Positions 12,537-22,503 of a stretch of 64,000 bases of DNA are shown in pieces (positions within the stretch are counted from its first letter, which is position 1; the number at the start of each line of letters is the position of its first letter). The stretch lies in assembly GCA_963804165.1 (NCBI GenBank), contig CAWDPO010000046.1, forward strand, positions 1 to 64,000, written 5' to 3'. The DNA is from an uncultured delta proteobacterium. GTDB lineage: Bacteria > Desulfobacterota > Binatia > UBA9968. Under the pieces are notes generated by a model. The model searched no databases. It was given only the letters and a program-made list of their open reading frames with translations, and was not told where the DNA came from. Position numbers and translations under genes: made by a program.

Positions 12537-14129
12537 TCATCGATGCCCCGCTTGCGTTGCTGCGTGCTGTGCGGCTCCAGATGGCTCGATGTTTCTATAA
12601 TAAAGCAGGTAATCGTTGCTGATGCGCACGGTATGCAAATTCATTTTTTTCAAGTCCTCGTTGGATTTTGGGAAGTAAGGGTCGGCGAGAAAGATGATCC
12701 GCTTGGTGCCGGCCGGAATTTTAATTTCATTGGAGAGTGTGGTCTTGCCGTCTCGCGCTCCAAAGGCATGCCACTTTTGGCCGTGGATATTGGTCTGCTG
12801 GTCGATGAGAAAAACTTGATACTTCGGTAGATAGTATTGAATGTGCCGGAACCCTGAGAACGTGGATCTCTGGCGTCCCAGGATCAAGGTTCCCGTGCTG
12901 GGAAAGTTATATCTGATACCGGCAAAGATGGTTGACAGCAGGCGCTCATGAGTTCTGAGACCGCTGACCGAAAAACCGCTATCGGTGAGGCAAAAGACCG
13001 CCGCATTGGAAGCGACGAGAAGCATAAAAATGACCGTCGGCGTATGCCGCAGCATGGGACTTGGCAAGACGCGAAAACTTTCGAGAAATCTGTACACCCG
13101 TTGAACGGCGACAGGAGTCAGCACCAAAAACGCCGGCAAGAACACGAGACCATACGAGTATTTATACGGCGGAATGAAAACAATCGTGAAAAACAGTAGG
13201 GCGGGCGCAAGCCAAATAATAAAAAACAGGAGCTTATCGATGGAAGTAGTGCTCCACACATTGTTTCGAATGAAGATGTACGCGCCAAACAGTAAGAAAA
13301 CCGTCGCCAAGCCGACACCATAGGATAATACCCCGACCAGAGTCAGCAACGTGTCAACACGTGTCGATAACGCCGAGTTCCAAATCGCACCGGCTGCATT
13401 ATTGTATCGCCATAGTTCCGAGGTCGCAGCAAAATACCGCGGAGCGCCACCGGTCGCGATCAGCATCGGTATAAACCAAAGACTCACCGTCACGAGAAGG
13501 AGCAATGAAGCTGACACGAAAACGCGAAGCTTGCAGCGCGTCAGTGCGTACAGCCAGAGTGGGCCGAGAAACAAGCCGAGGTCTTGGCGAAAACCTGCGC
13601 CCACTCCCAACAAAAGCGTCAGTGGATAGACCCAGCGATCGTCATGATGAAGTACGCGCCAAGCGCCGAGTGCGACCATGCTGGAGAAAAACGCCGCGAC
13701 AGCGTAACTCAGAGCAATCTCTCCGAAGAACCAAAAGAGTGGGCTGGTCACGGCTAAAAGAGCGGCCCACCAACCGTGCCGGCGGCCGAATATGGCGCTG
13801 CCTAAGTTGTAGACCGCCGCCACGGCCAAAGCACTGGCGAGGACACTGATCCACACCAGGCTCGTGTTGGCGTCGTGGACAAAGAAATCGATCAGCTTCG
13901 CGGTGTAGACATAAAGGAAATAACCCGGCGGATGGGGTTGGTGAAGATACACATCATAGTTCTTCAATCCGAGCGCGAACTGTACCGAGTCATGGTCGAA
14001 AAGATATCTGCTGCGGAAAGGTAAACGAGTAATAAAAGTGAGGACGAAAAATAACAGGGTCTGGACGTGCCAGTCCTCATCGGTGTTGGCCAGCCGACGG
14101 CGAAGCAAACATAGTAGCTCATTGCTCAT
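12537..14129 (-). CDS. GT-C-type (ArnT/PMT-like, DUF2723-like) membrane glycosyltransferase
   Basis: 530 aa polytopic protein. N-terminal DHDSVQFALG...HQPHPPGYFLY motif, SPLFWFFGEIALSY, GAGFRQ. Confidence 0.65.
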   Translation of the reverse strand: MSNELLCLLRRRLANTDEDWHVQTLLFFVLTFITRLPFRSRYLFDHDSVQFALGLKNYDVYLHQPHPPGYFLYVYTAKLIDFFVHDANTSLVWISVLASALAVAAVYNLGSAIFGRRHGWWAALLAVTSPLFWFFGEIALSYAVAAFFSSMVALGAWRVLHHDDRWVYPLTLLLGVGAGFRQDLGLFLGPLWLYALTRCKLRVFVSASLLLLVTVSLWFIPMLIATGGAPRYFAATSELWRYNNAAGAIWNSALSTRVDTLLTLVGVLSYGVGLATVFLLFGAYIFIRNNVWSTTSIDKLLFFIIWLAPALLFFTIVFIPPYKYSYGLVFLPAFLVLTPVAVQRVYRFLESFRVLPSPMLRHTPTVIFMLLVASNAAVFCLTDSGFSVSGLRTHERLLSTIFAGIRYNFPSTGTLILGRQRSTFSGFRHIQYYLPKYQVFLIDQQTNIHGQKWHAFGARDGKTTLSNEIKIPAGTKRIIFLADPYFPKSNEDLKKMNLHTVRISNDYLLYYRNIEPSGAAQHAATQAGHR

Positions 14130-14272
14130 TTCGAGTGTGGTCGGAAATGGCGACTATTATCAACCAATCGAAGTTTTTTTCAATTGGGCACGGCGGTTCA
14201 TCGCTTTGCATTGAAAAATGGGGACACCTCGTAGGTTGCGATTGTCGCCGCGGTCGTACGAAATGTGCCAGA

Positions 14273-15850
14273 TTAGCGGCGGCTTTTGGTGAGAAATTGT
14301 CGTTCGTAAAGAGATTGAAGCTCGGTCAGCGTGGTGATCTGCGCCGGACCTTTGTCGTCGCGGATTCTCGTGATGCGCGCGAAACGCAGGGCGAATCCCG
14401 AACTGTACTGCGGGCTTCGTTGTATTTCATTGTAGGTGACCTCGACGACAATCTCCGGCCGCACGGCGACCGTGTAGCCATCGTCATCCAGTTGAAGCGC
14501 CTGCAGCCTGGCGGTGATCTCGATAAACTGCTTGTCAGTGAGACCTTTAAACGTCTTGCCCACCGGCGCGTATCCGCCGGCATTGTCCGCCACCGCCAGG
14601 TGATAATTGGAGAGCCAACCGCGTCTTCTTCCCGAGCCACGGTCGGCGGCTATGATCACGCAATCGATGGTTTCGGCCGGTTTCACTTTGAACCAGAGTT
14701 TGCCGCGATTGCCGGGCATGTAGACGCTTTTCAATGCCTTGGCCATCACTCCTTCATGGCCCGCGGCAATCGATTGCGTCAGGAACGCTTCGGCAACGCT
14801 TTTATCGCCGACGATTTTTCGCGCCGCCAGATATTTACCCGCGGAAATTTCGCCGAGCTTCTGCCAACGCGCCTCGTAAGGTTCGTCGATCAGCGATCTG
14901 CCGTCTAAATAGAGACAGTCGAAGAGATAAAGTGAAAGCGGGATTTCGCCCGCCGCCGTTTCGATACCGTGAACGCGTCGAAAGCGGCGCATGAGTTCTT
15001 GGAAAGGAAACGGCCGTCCGTCGCTTCCCGTGGCCACAACCTCGGCGTCGAGGATGAGGGAGTCGCCTTGCAGATTGTCGCGGGCGATTTCGACGATCTC
15101 CGGCAGGCTCCGGGTTACTTCGGTCAGGCGACGGCTCCATATACGTATTTGATCCGGACTTTTATGAATCTGCACGCGCGCGCCGTCATACTTGTATTCG
15201 AGCGCCGTGGTGCCGTCGTGCGCCTTGAAAATGTCATCGAAATCTTGCGAAAGCTCGGAAAGCATCGGCAGTAGGGGAACGAATAATTTGATATCGACTC
15301 GCTGAAGACCGTCCGCACCTTGTGTCAGAGCAATTGCGGCGACTTCGGCGAGGTCGGAAAGAAACAGCGCGGCGCGGCGAACCGCCTTCAGGTCGGCGCC
15401 GCAAGCTCGGGCGATCGCTTCCTGGATCAAGCCGTCGTGCAGCCCGATGCGCAACTCGTTGTGTAAGAGGCGAAACAAAATCGGCCGCTCATGCGCCGAA
15501 CTCATTTCAACCAGTTCTCGCAGCTTAGCAGATTTTTGGCCGCGCGACCCTTTGCCGCTCGCTTCGGCTATCTGGGCAAAGTTGTTGGCGACGTCGCTGA
15601 TACTGATCTGCGGTAGAACAGAAGTTTCATGTTCCGGTACTTCAGCGGCGTGTGAAAAGGCACTGGCTCCGATGTCGAGCGTCCGTGGATCGGAAATGGG
15701 AAACGAGCGGCCAGATAAAAAAGCCACGCCCGGACGAATCTCTTCAGGTTCTAGACGACGCAGGTAATCTGCAGCGACGGAAATCTTTGCAAGCCGGCTC
15801 GGCGTCTTTTCCAATTCGTAACAGAGTGAGGCAAAGTCTGAAAAGTTCAC
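14273..15850 (-). CDS. lig: ATP-dependent DNA ligase (LigB/archaeal type)
   Basis: Adenylation motif EYKYDGARVQIH; ILDAEVV; LFDCLYLDG; EGVMAK; WFKVKP; OB-fold ALRFARITRIRDDK. Confidence 0.95.
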   Translation of the reverse strand: MNFSDFASLCYELEKTPSRLAKISVAADYLRRLEPEEIRPGVAFLSGRSFPISDPRTLDIGASAFSHAAEVPEHETSVLPQISISDVANNFAQIAEASGKGSRGQKSAKLRELVEMSSAHERPILFRLLHNELRIGLHDGLIQEAIARACGADLKAVRRAALFLSDLAEVAAIALTQGADGLQRVDIKLFVPLLPMLSELSQDFDDIFKAHDGTTALEYKYDGARVQIHKSPDQIRIWSRRLTEVTRSLPEIVEIARDNLQGDSLILDAEVVATGSDGRPFPFQELMRRFRRVHGIETAAGEIPLSLYLFDCLYLDGRSLIDEPYEARWQKLGEISAGKYLAARKIVGDKSVAEAFLTQSIAAGHEGVMAKALKSVYMPGNRGKLWFKVKPAETIDCVIIAADRGSGRRRGWLSNYHLAVADNAGGYAPVGKTFKGLTDKQFIEITARLQALQLDDDGYTVAVRPEIVVEVTYNEIQRSPQYSSGFALRFARITRIRDDKGPAQITTLTELQSLYERQFLTKSRR

Positions 15851-15891
15851 TGATCCTATTCTAACATTCCGCTACGCAAGCAAAAATGACG

Positions 15892-15922
15892 TCGGGCCGG
15901 ATTTAACCAGAATCCAGCCCGA
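15892..15922 (-). terminator. Probable intrinsic terminator after the spondin-domain gene
   Basis: Minus-strand TCGGGCTGGATT-loop-AATCCGGCCCGA followed shortly by a T-run. Confidence 0.5.
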
Positions 15923-15965
15923 GTGTTGGCTCTCCCGCTATTGATGGGATGTTGCGACCCCTTAA

Positions 15966-16674
15966 TTACATCGCAGGCATTGCCGGCGTGATGGTGATGC
16001 GCATTACGCTCGACGTCCGCGAGTACATTTTGCCGTCCTGGATCTTATGAACCACACCGTTCTCCGCTTTGCCTGTGTTGAGCGCCTTTTGACGCGGGCC
16101 TTGATCCGGGCCGATGCCGGGCTCTTGGTCCACTTCGGTTCCGGCATCCCACATGATTAACTGAGAAGCTACGTCGCCGCTGATGGCCCTGCCGTTTTTG
16201 AATAACTCGATGCCCGACTCGGCCGGCACGTAGAACCAATCGTTGGATTGTCCCATCATGATCGTCATGGACAATCGCTCGCCCGGCATCGCCGAGATCG
16301 TCAGCTCATAGGCCGCGCCCGGAGTGATGGGTCCGGGGGCGCTGCCTCCAACCGGGGTGTTGAATACAGTGAAGGATCTAATTCCCTTGCCACCCTCCAG
16401 TGACTTGGCGAGCATGCTCGGATTGCCCTTCCAAACCCAGGCCGCGATCCTTTTTCCCGGACGTGAAGATTGGCGCCTTGTCGGAATGAACCACCGCGGC
16501 GCCAGGCGAAAACGCCAACGACCACTTCACGCCGTTCGATGCCGTGAATGCATCGGGCTTGGTGATGTTTTCGACGCGGATGGTAAACTTGGTCGGTGTG
16601 TCGCCATTGCCTGAGGCCGCGCCGGCCACAGTTAAAATTCCGCCTATAGTTGCGCCTAATATTTTAGTGAACAC
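15966..16674 (-). CDS. Secreted spondin_N-domain protein (frameshift near 16425)
   Basis: Signal peptide, FTIRVENI, FSPGAAVVH, GLGLE.., VFNTPVG..PGPITPG, MMGQSNDWFY, WDAGTEVDQEPG. Confidence 0.8.
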
Positions 16675-16875
16675 TTTTTTCCCCTCCCTTTAAGGATAAT
16701 TTTGTCGAGGCTGCGATCTACACCCGGTTACACTCAAACCGGTTCTTGCTAAATTAGATGCTAGGGTGGAAGTAATGGACGTAAAGTTGATCGAATGAAT
16801 CTTCGGTACGGGCAAAGAGGGCCTAGAAGCGCTCCAAGCAAGCCGCATCCAAGTAAAGGATGAAAGGACGGAATC

Positions 16876-17439
16876 ATGACGCGACGTGGTTTATTGCGGA
16901 GTTTGTTGGCTGGAGGAATCTGGTCCGTTTTGAAGGGACACTTATCCGCAGCGCAGCCGGTCTCGGTGAAAGATGTCGAGGCGCTGCAAAAAAACTGGAA
17001 GGCGCTCCTCGCCGAAGGGGTAAAGGTGCCGTTACCCAACGAGCAACTCAAACTATCTAAAGAGGAATGGCGCAAACGATTGTCGCCAAATGAATTCAAC
17101 GTTTTGCGCGAGGAAGGCACCGAGCATCCCGGCACGAGCCCGTTGAATAACGAGAAACGCCCAGGAATTTACACCTGCGTAGGCTGCGGCTTGCCGCTCT
17201 TCACCTCCGAGATGAAATACGAAAGCGGCACCGGCTGGCCGAGCTTTTTTGCGAGCATTCCAAGCGCCTTCGGGACCAGCACGGATTTCAAATTAGTTCT
17301 GCCACGCACCGAATATCACTGTGCGCGCTGCGGCGGCCACCATGGCCATATCTTCAACGACGGCCCGCCGCCCACGGGGAAACGTTGGTGCAACAACGGC
17401 GTCGTTCTGAAATTTATTCCTAAGTCCGGCAAGATTTGA
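16876..17439 (+). CDS. msrB: Peptide-methionine (R)-S-oxide reductase MsrB with Tat signal
   Basis: MTRRGLL Tat motif; VLREEGTEHPG; CVGC and CARC Zn sites; KYESGTGWPSF; GHHGHIFNDGP; RWCNNG. Confidence 0.95.
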   Translation: MTRRGLLRSLLAGGIWSVLKGHLSAAQPVSVKDVEALQKNWKALLAEGVKVPLPNEQLKLSKEEWRKRLSPNEFNVLREEGTEHPGTSPLNNEKRPGIYTCVGCGLPLFTSEMKYESGTGWPSFFASIPSAFGTSTDFKLVLPRTEYHCARCGGHHGHIFNDGPPPTGKRWCNNGVVLKFIPKSGKI

Positions 17440-17826
17440 TAGTGGTTTCGAGCTAAAGATTCTCCCGTCGACGACAATTTCCGCCGGAAATTCAAAAGGT
17501 GTTGTTGCGGCCGACAGCGGCTCCACTCAAAAGACTGAACTAGTAACGATTGCAAAACTAAGGAGTCAAGGAGTTGTCGACACCCCTGAAGGGGGAGGTG
17601 GGCCGGCCTGGTGCCGCCTTTCTCGCGGCTTGTTCGCAGGATTAGATGCGGCGGCGCTCAAAAGAGATGCGGGAGGTGTGAGACAGAATAATTGGAGTGA
17701 TGGGATATGGGGAGGAATTCAGCAGTCCGGCGCGCAGAGCTTTCTATTCGCCTCGATCACGCCGATCGACAGCCACGGCGATTTACTGCGGCGGCGAGGA
17801 ACGGGTTTGTCTGGAAAACTGGAAAG

Positions 17827-18801
17827 CTACGCGAACTGCGGCGAAGCGCTATCCACCCAGTGAGGACGGATGCCTGCCACGTCGAGCGACGCCATCACGC
17901 GCTTGGGTTCGCCGAGATCGCTCCACCTGAGACCGCTCACCTTAAGAACTGCAAGCCGCTCCGGACGTTGCGCGAGCACCTGGTGAGAAAAATTGATCTC
18001 TTCCAGGCTTTGGTAGAGCTCGGTCACTGCTCCGGCCTCGGCCCGAGTAGCGAAGAGAGGATTTAAGCACGCGAAAGCCCGGTAAAAGCCGGGAAGCGCG
18101 CTCTCAATGATATCGAGCAGCGCTCGCACCGAGGCGACCATAACGAAACTGTTCCACAGGCAGCCGCGCAGTTGCAGAACTTGGGCTAACACTTGGTTAG
18201 GCTTTTCCCAAAAACGGCGCACGCCAAAAACTTTGGCATTGCGCGTATCGGGTGGTGTCGGTTCGATCCAGCCGTATTCCACTTCGGGACTTTCGGGTTC
18301 GACTCCAAGTAGAATCACGACGTCTCGGCTCAGCCGCGCCGTGACGAGCGCGGTGCGGATGTGGTTCATAAATTTTCGATTGTCGGAGATATAGTGATCC
18401 GATGGAAATAGGGCGACCACCGCCTGCGGATCTGCCGTCGCGATGCGCAGCAGACCATAGAGGATCGCAGGCGCGGTGCCGGCATTGCGCGGTTGTTCGA
18501 CAAGATTCGCCGGACGTTTGTCGGCGAGTATCGGCGCATAGAAGGGTTTGTGTGCCTGGTTGACGATGTAGAGCGTACGTTCTTCCGCCAATTCCAAAGC
18601 GGCTCGCCGTTGGGTCTCTTCGAGCAGTGTGGCGCCGCCCAGGACCGAGCAAAACTGTTTCGGCCGTTCATCCCCGGCAATCTTCCGGGTTAAAGACTTG
18701 AGCCGGGTGCCGTCTCCGCCGGCCAGGATAATCACCCACTCGCGATCAAGGGGATTGGATGCCGTGCTATCCGTGTTTTCAGCGCCTGCCTGCTGGATCA
18801 T
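17827..18801 (-). CDS. Sugar-phosphate nucleotidyltransferase (mannose-1-phosphate guanylyltransferase-like)
   Basis: ILAGGDGTRL..RPKQFC; QPRNAGTAPAI; FPSDHYI; EYGWIEP; FWEKP; WSDLG. Confidence 0.88.
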   Translation of the reverse strand: MIQQAGAENTDSTASNPLDREWVIILAGGDGTRLKSLTRKIAGDERPKQFCSVLGGATLLEETQRRAALELAEERTLYIVNQAHKPFYAPILADKRPANLVEQPRNAGTAPAILYGLLRIATADPQAVVALFPSDHYISDNRKFMNHIRTALVTARLSRDVVILLGVEPESPEVEYGWIEPTPPDTRNAKVFGVRRFWEKPNQVLAQVLQLRGCLWNSFVMVASVRALLDIIESALPGFYRAFACLNPLFATRAEAGAVTELYQSLEEINFSHQVLAQRPERLAVLKVSGLRWSDLGEPKRVMASLDVAGIRPHWVDSASPQFA

Positions 18802-19144
18802 GATGAAATACCTCGTGTTGAAATGCCGCTGTTCGTCGCGCCCTCAATCCGAGTATTGGATTGATTGCGCATTGGATGTCCAAGGGCGGACAAACGATGC
18901 TAAAGTTTCGAACTGGAGCTTCGCCGGTCCTACGCCAATATCGACGGTATATCTCGGGGGTTAATTACGGATTGCGAGGTCGTTAAAAGTTCGTGACCGC
19001 CAAGCTGAGCGATGGGCAGTGGACAAACCCATAAGTGATCTCGCCTGTAGGAAGCGATGAGAAGGTGGTCGGAAAGGCTGATCGGGCGACGCGCTGGCCG
19101 TTCGATTCGTCTCGCGTGGCCCGGAGCGAATTAGATCAACGGCG

Positions 19145-19753
19145 TCAACTGTTTTCGCCGCGTCCGTATACTGAGCGTGCGTCGTCACGGCGCGCGCGAT
19201 CGATTTCTTCATCGACCGATTTGCCGATTCTTTGGGCGAGATCAAGAAGATCGGGAGAACTCGGATTAAGCGCGCTCGCTCTCTGGATATCGCCACGGAT
19301 CTGGCGTCCGGGATCCCAGTTGGGGCCAAACAGACTGTCCGCGGCAAGATATTCAATCGAATCGTAAATACCTTTGAGGCCGCTCTGCAGTTCGCGTTCG
19401 CCGCGCTCGCGCTCGCCGGCTCGCAGTAATGTCATGCCGAGGTACAAGCGCGCCATGTAATCGCCGTTGTCTCTGCTCAAGGCTTTCTCGAGTGTCGTTC
19501 GGGCGTCCTTGTCGCGGCCAGTCTCGTAATAGGCGCGTCCCAGGTAGGTGAGGACATTTTGTCGCAGACGATAGGGAATCGAGTAATTCGGGTCTTCGGC
19601 GGCAGCGCGGGAAAGGTAACCTACGGCTTCTTCCGCCCGCCCGGTTTGCAGCGCATTGCGTCCCGCTTGCACGTCCCGGCCAACTTGAATGGAGCTGCAG
19701 CCGAATACGAAAAACAGCGCCGCAAGATTGGCCGACCAGGCATTAATTTTCAT
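19145..19753 (-). CDS. Tetratricopeptide-repeat lipoprotein
   Basis: RBS GGAGG; lipobox-like VFGC; TPR helices YLGRAYYETG..ARTTLEKAL and ARLYLGMTLLRAG. Confidence 0.75.
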   Translation of the reverse strand: MKINAWSANLAALFFVFGCSSIQVGRDVQAGRNALQTGRAEEAVGYLSRAAAEDPNYSIPYRLRQNVLTYLGRAYYETGRDKDARTTLEKALSRDNGDYMARLYLGMTLLRAGERERGERELQSGLKGIYDSIEYLAADSLFGPNWDPGRQIRGDIQRASALNPSSPDLLDLAQRIGKSVDEEIDRARRDDARSVYGRGENS

Positions 19754-20174
19754 TGATCCTCCGTATTTTGACTCGCGCACTATAGTCTAAGTCGCGGCCC
19801 TGCCGCAAAAGATGCAGCGTTTGTTGTTGGCATGGTGCAGTTTGGCGCAGCCGACGGGGTGGCAGCCCCAATGACGGGCTGGAACGGCGCAAGCAAAGCT
19901 TCGCGCCGGGTTCATGCTCATGCCGGTTCGTCAAATGCTGGCTTGAAAAAGGTATCCGATACGCCAGGAGAACGTAAACCTGACGCTAGGTGATGGTTAC
20001 GTGGCAAGCGCCGTCCCTGGTGACTCGTGATCGAGCCAGGGCCGCGTCCCGGATATGCCGAGACAATCCGATCAAGCTGCAACCGTGGAACAGGCGCGTC
20101 CTTGGCGCGAACACACCCACCGAGGCGGAAACATGGTGCTGGAAAATGTGTGCGGTAAGAAGATTGGCCTTGAG

Positions 20175-20375
20175 CTACATCGATCGCAGGCTCCTGTCCC
20201 CTTTGAGCTTTCCGCTGGTTTTGAGACCACCCTGGTCATTATCGCGAATGAAATCTCGCCGAGATTGGAACCAGGTCTTGCGCGGCCAATCCCAGTGAAG
20301 CTGGGGTATCTGCTGCTCGTTGTAATAACCTTCGTTGACCGGACTTTGGCTAAAAATGGCTTCCCAAGTGTTCAT
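20175..20375 (-). CDS. Small hypothetical protein (66 aa)
   Basis: ATG preceded by AGAAGGAGG and a sigma70-like promoter. No recognisable domain. Confidence 0.45.
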   Translation of the reverse strand: MNTWEAIFSQSPVNEGYYNEQQIPQLHWDWPRKTWFQSRRDFIRDNDQGGLKTSGKLKGDRSLRSM

Positions 20376-20403
20376 TTGAAACCCTCCTTCTAAATATTCC
20401 TAT

Positions 20404-20433
20404 ACGCTACGGTTTTGGAAACGGATTTGTCAA
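20404..20433 (-). promoter_or_regulatory. sigma70-like promoter upstream of the 66-aa ORF
   Basis: Minus strand TTGACA-N18-TAGCGT. Confidence 0.45.
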
Positions 20434-20515
20434 ATCGATTTGCCGATCAGACGGCAATGAATAGGGAAACACTGCACTTGCAAAGAATTAAGTCACGGAT
20501 TGGGTGAGGAAATAG

Positions 20516-20818
20516 ATAACAAACGCACCTGGCAACATCCGCGAGCTGCAAAATGTCATCGAACGCGCGGTGGTCGTGGCCAAAGGGCCAATCGTGCCGA
20601 TCGACGACTCCATCCTTCGGGCCGATGAAACCGTCGACGACTCATCAGTTATCGATAGCTTGGAAAACGTCGAGCGCCAGCACATCATCCGGGCGCTGAC
20701 GGAAACCCGTTGGGTGATTCATGGAAAAAAAGGCGCGGCCGAGATTCTCGGCATCAATCCGAGCACGCTGCGCTCGCGGATGGAAAAACTTAGGATTAAA
20801 AAGTCGCCGTCCGCTTAA
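20516..20818 (+). pseudogene. C-terminal fragment of a sigma54-dependent (FhlA/NtrC-type) activator with Fis HTH
   Basis: PGNIRELQNVIERAVVV...LENVERQHIIRAL..GKKGAAEILGINPSTLRSRMEKL. An in-frame TAG at 20513 removes the AAA+ core. Confidence 0.8.
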
Positions 20819-21459
20819 CCTAATTCCTGCGCACGCGTGACGGCGGATTTGCGCGCGACGCGAGCGCGGCTCGTCTGCGATAGTTTCACGATCAACCGAT
20901 AGAGCAGCAGCACAGCCAATACCGCGCCGTATTGTGCCGGCCGGCGAATGTCTGCCTTTACCAACCAATAAAAATGAATCACTCCGGCGATGGCGGCGAT
21001 GTAGACGAATCTGTGCAGTTGCTGCCAACGTTTGCCCAGGCGACGGATCATGGCCGCGGTCGACGTAAGCGCCAACGCGAGCATAATCACCAGAGCGGTG
21101 AACCCGGCGGTGACGTACGGCCGCTTGAGAATGTCTTTGCCGATCGCCGGCCAATTGAAAAAATGGTCGAGCACCAAATACGTCGCGAAGTGCGACAACG
21201 CATAGGAGAACGCAAACAGTCCCAGCATGCGGCGGAACTTGATCAGCTCGTTCCAACCGGTAATTCTCCGCAACGGTGTGACGGCCAGGCACGTCAGCAA
21301 AAAGATCAGCGCCCATGACCCGGTGAATCGAGTGATCGTATCGATCGGATTGACGCCGAGATCGTCTGTGTAAGCTCTGTAGGCAAGTTGGCCGAAGGGA
21401 ATCAGGCAGGCGGCGAATGCCGCGGGTTTTAGCCAAGAACGCAATCGCGCAAGTTTCAT
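20815..21459 (-). CDS. msrQ: Sulfoxide reductase heme-binding subunit MsrQ (YedZ)
   Basis: TGSWAL..LAVTPLR; RRMLGLFAFSYALSH; KRPYVTAG; LALTS; WQQLHRFVY..IHFYW. Confidence 0.95.
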   Translation of the reverse strand: MKLARLRSWLKPAAFAACLIPFGQLAYRAYTDDLGVNPIDTITRFTGSWALIFLLTCLAVTPLRRITGWNELIKFRRMLGLFAFSYALSHFATYLVLDHFFNWPAIGKDILKRPYVTAGFTALVIMLALALTSTAAMIRRLGKRWQQLHRFVYIAAIAGVIHFYWLVKADIRRPAQYGAVLAVLLLYRLIVKLSQTSRARVARKSAVTRAQELG

Positions 21460-21474
21460 TTCGCTCTTTGGCGG

Positions 21475-22449
21475 CTAATAGAATTTTTTGAGATCCATGC
21501 CCTTGTACAGACTCGCGACTTGTTCGCCGTAGCCGTTGAACATCAGAGTCTTGCGGCGGAGAAACTCGCCGATACGCCGCTCTGTGGCTTGGCTCCAGCG
21601 CGGATGGTCGACTTCGGGATTGACGTTGGAATAAAAGCCGTACTCTTGCGGTTGCATGGTGTTCCACGCGGTCTTCGGTTGAGTCTCGATGAAGCGCACC
21701 TTGACGATCGACTTGATGCTTTTGAAGCCGTACTTCCACGGCACCATCAAACGAATCGGTGCGCCGTTTTGCGCGGGCAAAATTTCCCCATAGAGCCCGA
21801 CTGAAAGAATCGTCAGCGGGTGCATCGCCTCGTCCATGCGCAAGCCCTCGACATAAGGCCAATCGAGGATGTTGCCCAAGATGCCGGGTTTCTGCCCGGG
21901 CATGCGTTTGGGGTCCATCAGCGTGACGAACTGAATAAACTTGGCGTTGTTGGTCGGCTCGACCTGTTTGATCAACGCGCTCAGAGGAAAGCCGATCCAA
22001 GGAATGACCATCGACCACGCTTCAACGCAGCGCAGGCGATAGATGCGCTCTTCGAGCGGGCTCAGCTTCATCAAGGTATCGATGTCGAGTGTCTTGGGTT
22101 TTTTGACTTCGCCTTCGACTGCGACCGTCCACGGTCGCGTGGTCAAGTATTTGGCGTTCTCGGCCGGATCGCCCTTCTCGGCACCGAGTTCGTAGAAATT
22201 GTTGTACGAAGTGATGTCCTTAAACGAATTTTGCTTTTCATCCGTGCTGAAGGAGCTCTTTTTGATATTGGACAACTTTTCGCCGGCGCGGGCTTGCGCC
22301 GAGGGTCGCAAAAACTCAAGGCCTGCGAGCGCCGCGCCCGCGGTCATTAGGGCAGAGGATGCCGAAGTCATGAATTGTCGCCGGTTCAAGTAGAGCTCTT
22401 TCGGCGTGATCTCCGATGACTTAATGTCCGCCGGCTTTCTTATCAGCAT
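21475..22449 (-). CDS. msrP: Protein-methionine-sulfoxide reductase catalytic subunit MsrP (YedY)
   Basis: SEITP..YLNRRQF Tat signal; YNNFYE; [18 protein letters not shown]; [16 protein letters not shown]; [20 protein letters not shown]; [14 protein letters not shown]. Confidence 0.97.
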   Translation of the reverse strand: MLIRKPADIKSSEITPKELYLNRRQFMTSASSALMTAGAALAGLEFLRPSAQARAGEKLSNIKKSSFSTDEKQNSFKDITSYNNFYELGAEKGDPAENAKYLTTRPWTVAVEGEVKKPKTLDIDTLMKLSPLEERIYRLRCVEAWSMVIPWIGFPLSALIKQVEPTNNAKFIQFVTLMDPKRMPGQKPGILGNILDWPYVEGLRMDEAMHPLTILSVGLYGEILPAQNGAPIRLMVPWKYGFKSIKSIVKVRFIETQPKTAWNTMQPQEYGFYSNVNPEVDHPRWSQATERRIGEFLRRKTLMFNGYGEQVASLYKGMDLKKFY

Positions 22450-22503
22450 GATTTGCCGCCCTCCTCGGTTCAATCGGTATGGTTGCTGACAAAAGAGGAC
22501 GTG

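Noticed and set aside
14273-15850. ATP-dependent ligase as a sign of a prophage or NHEJ system
   Set aside because: No phage genes, Ku or LigD polymerase/nuclease domains; this is an ordinary stand-alone ligase.
17440-17826. Unexplained intergenic stretch between msrB and the nucleotidyltransferase
   Set aside because: The short ORFs lack motifs, and I found no convincing repeat or RNA structure.
18820-19090. Hairpin-rich region upstream of the nucleotidyltransferase as a possible riboswitch
   Set aside because: Local stems exist (CAATCC..GGATTG, CGCCCT..AGGGCG), but I could not match any known riboswitch consensus. An Infernal/Rfam scan would decide.
20645-22018. 457-aa alternative-frame ORF overlapping msrPQ
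   Set aside because: Arg/Ala-rich out-of-frame translation typical of high-GC DNA.
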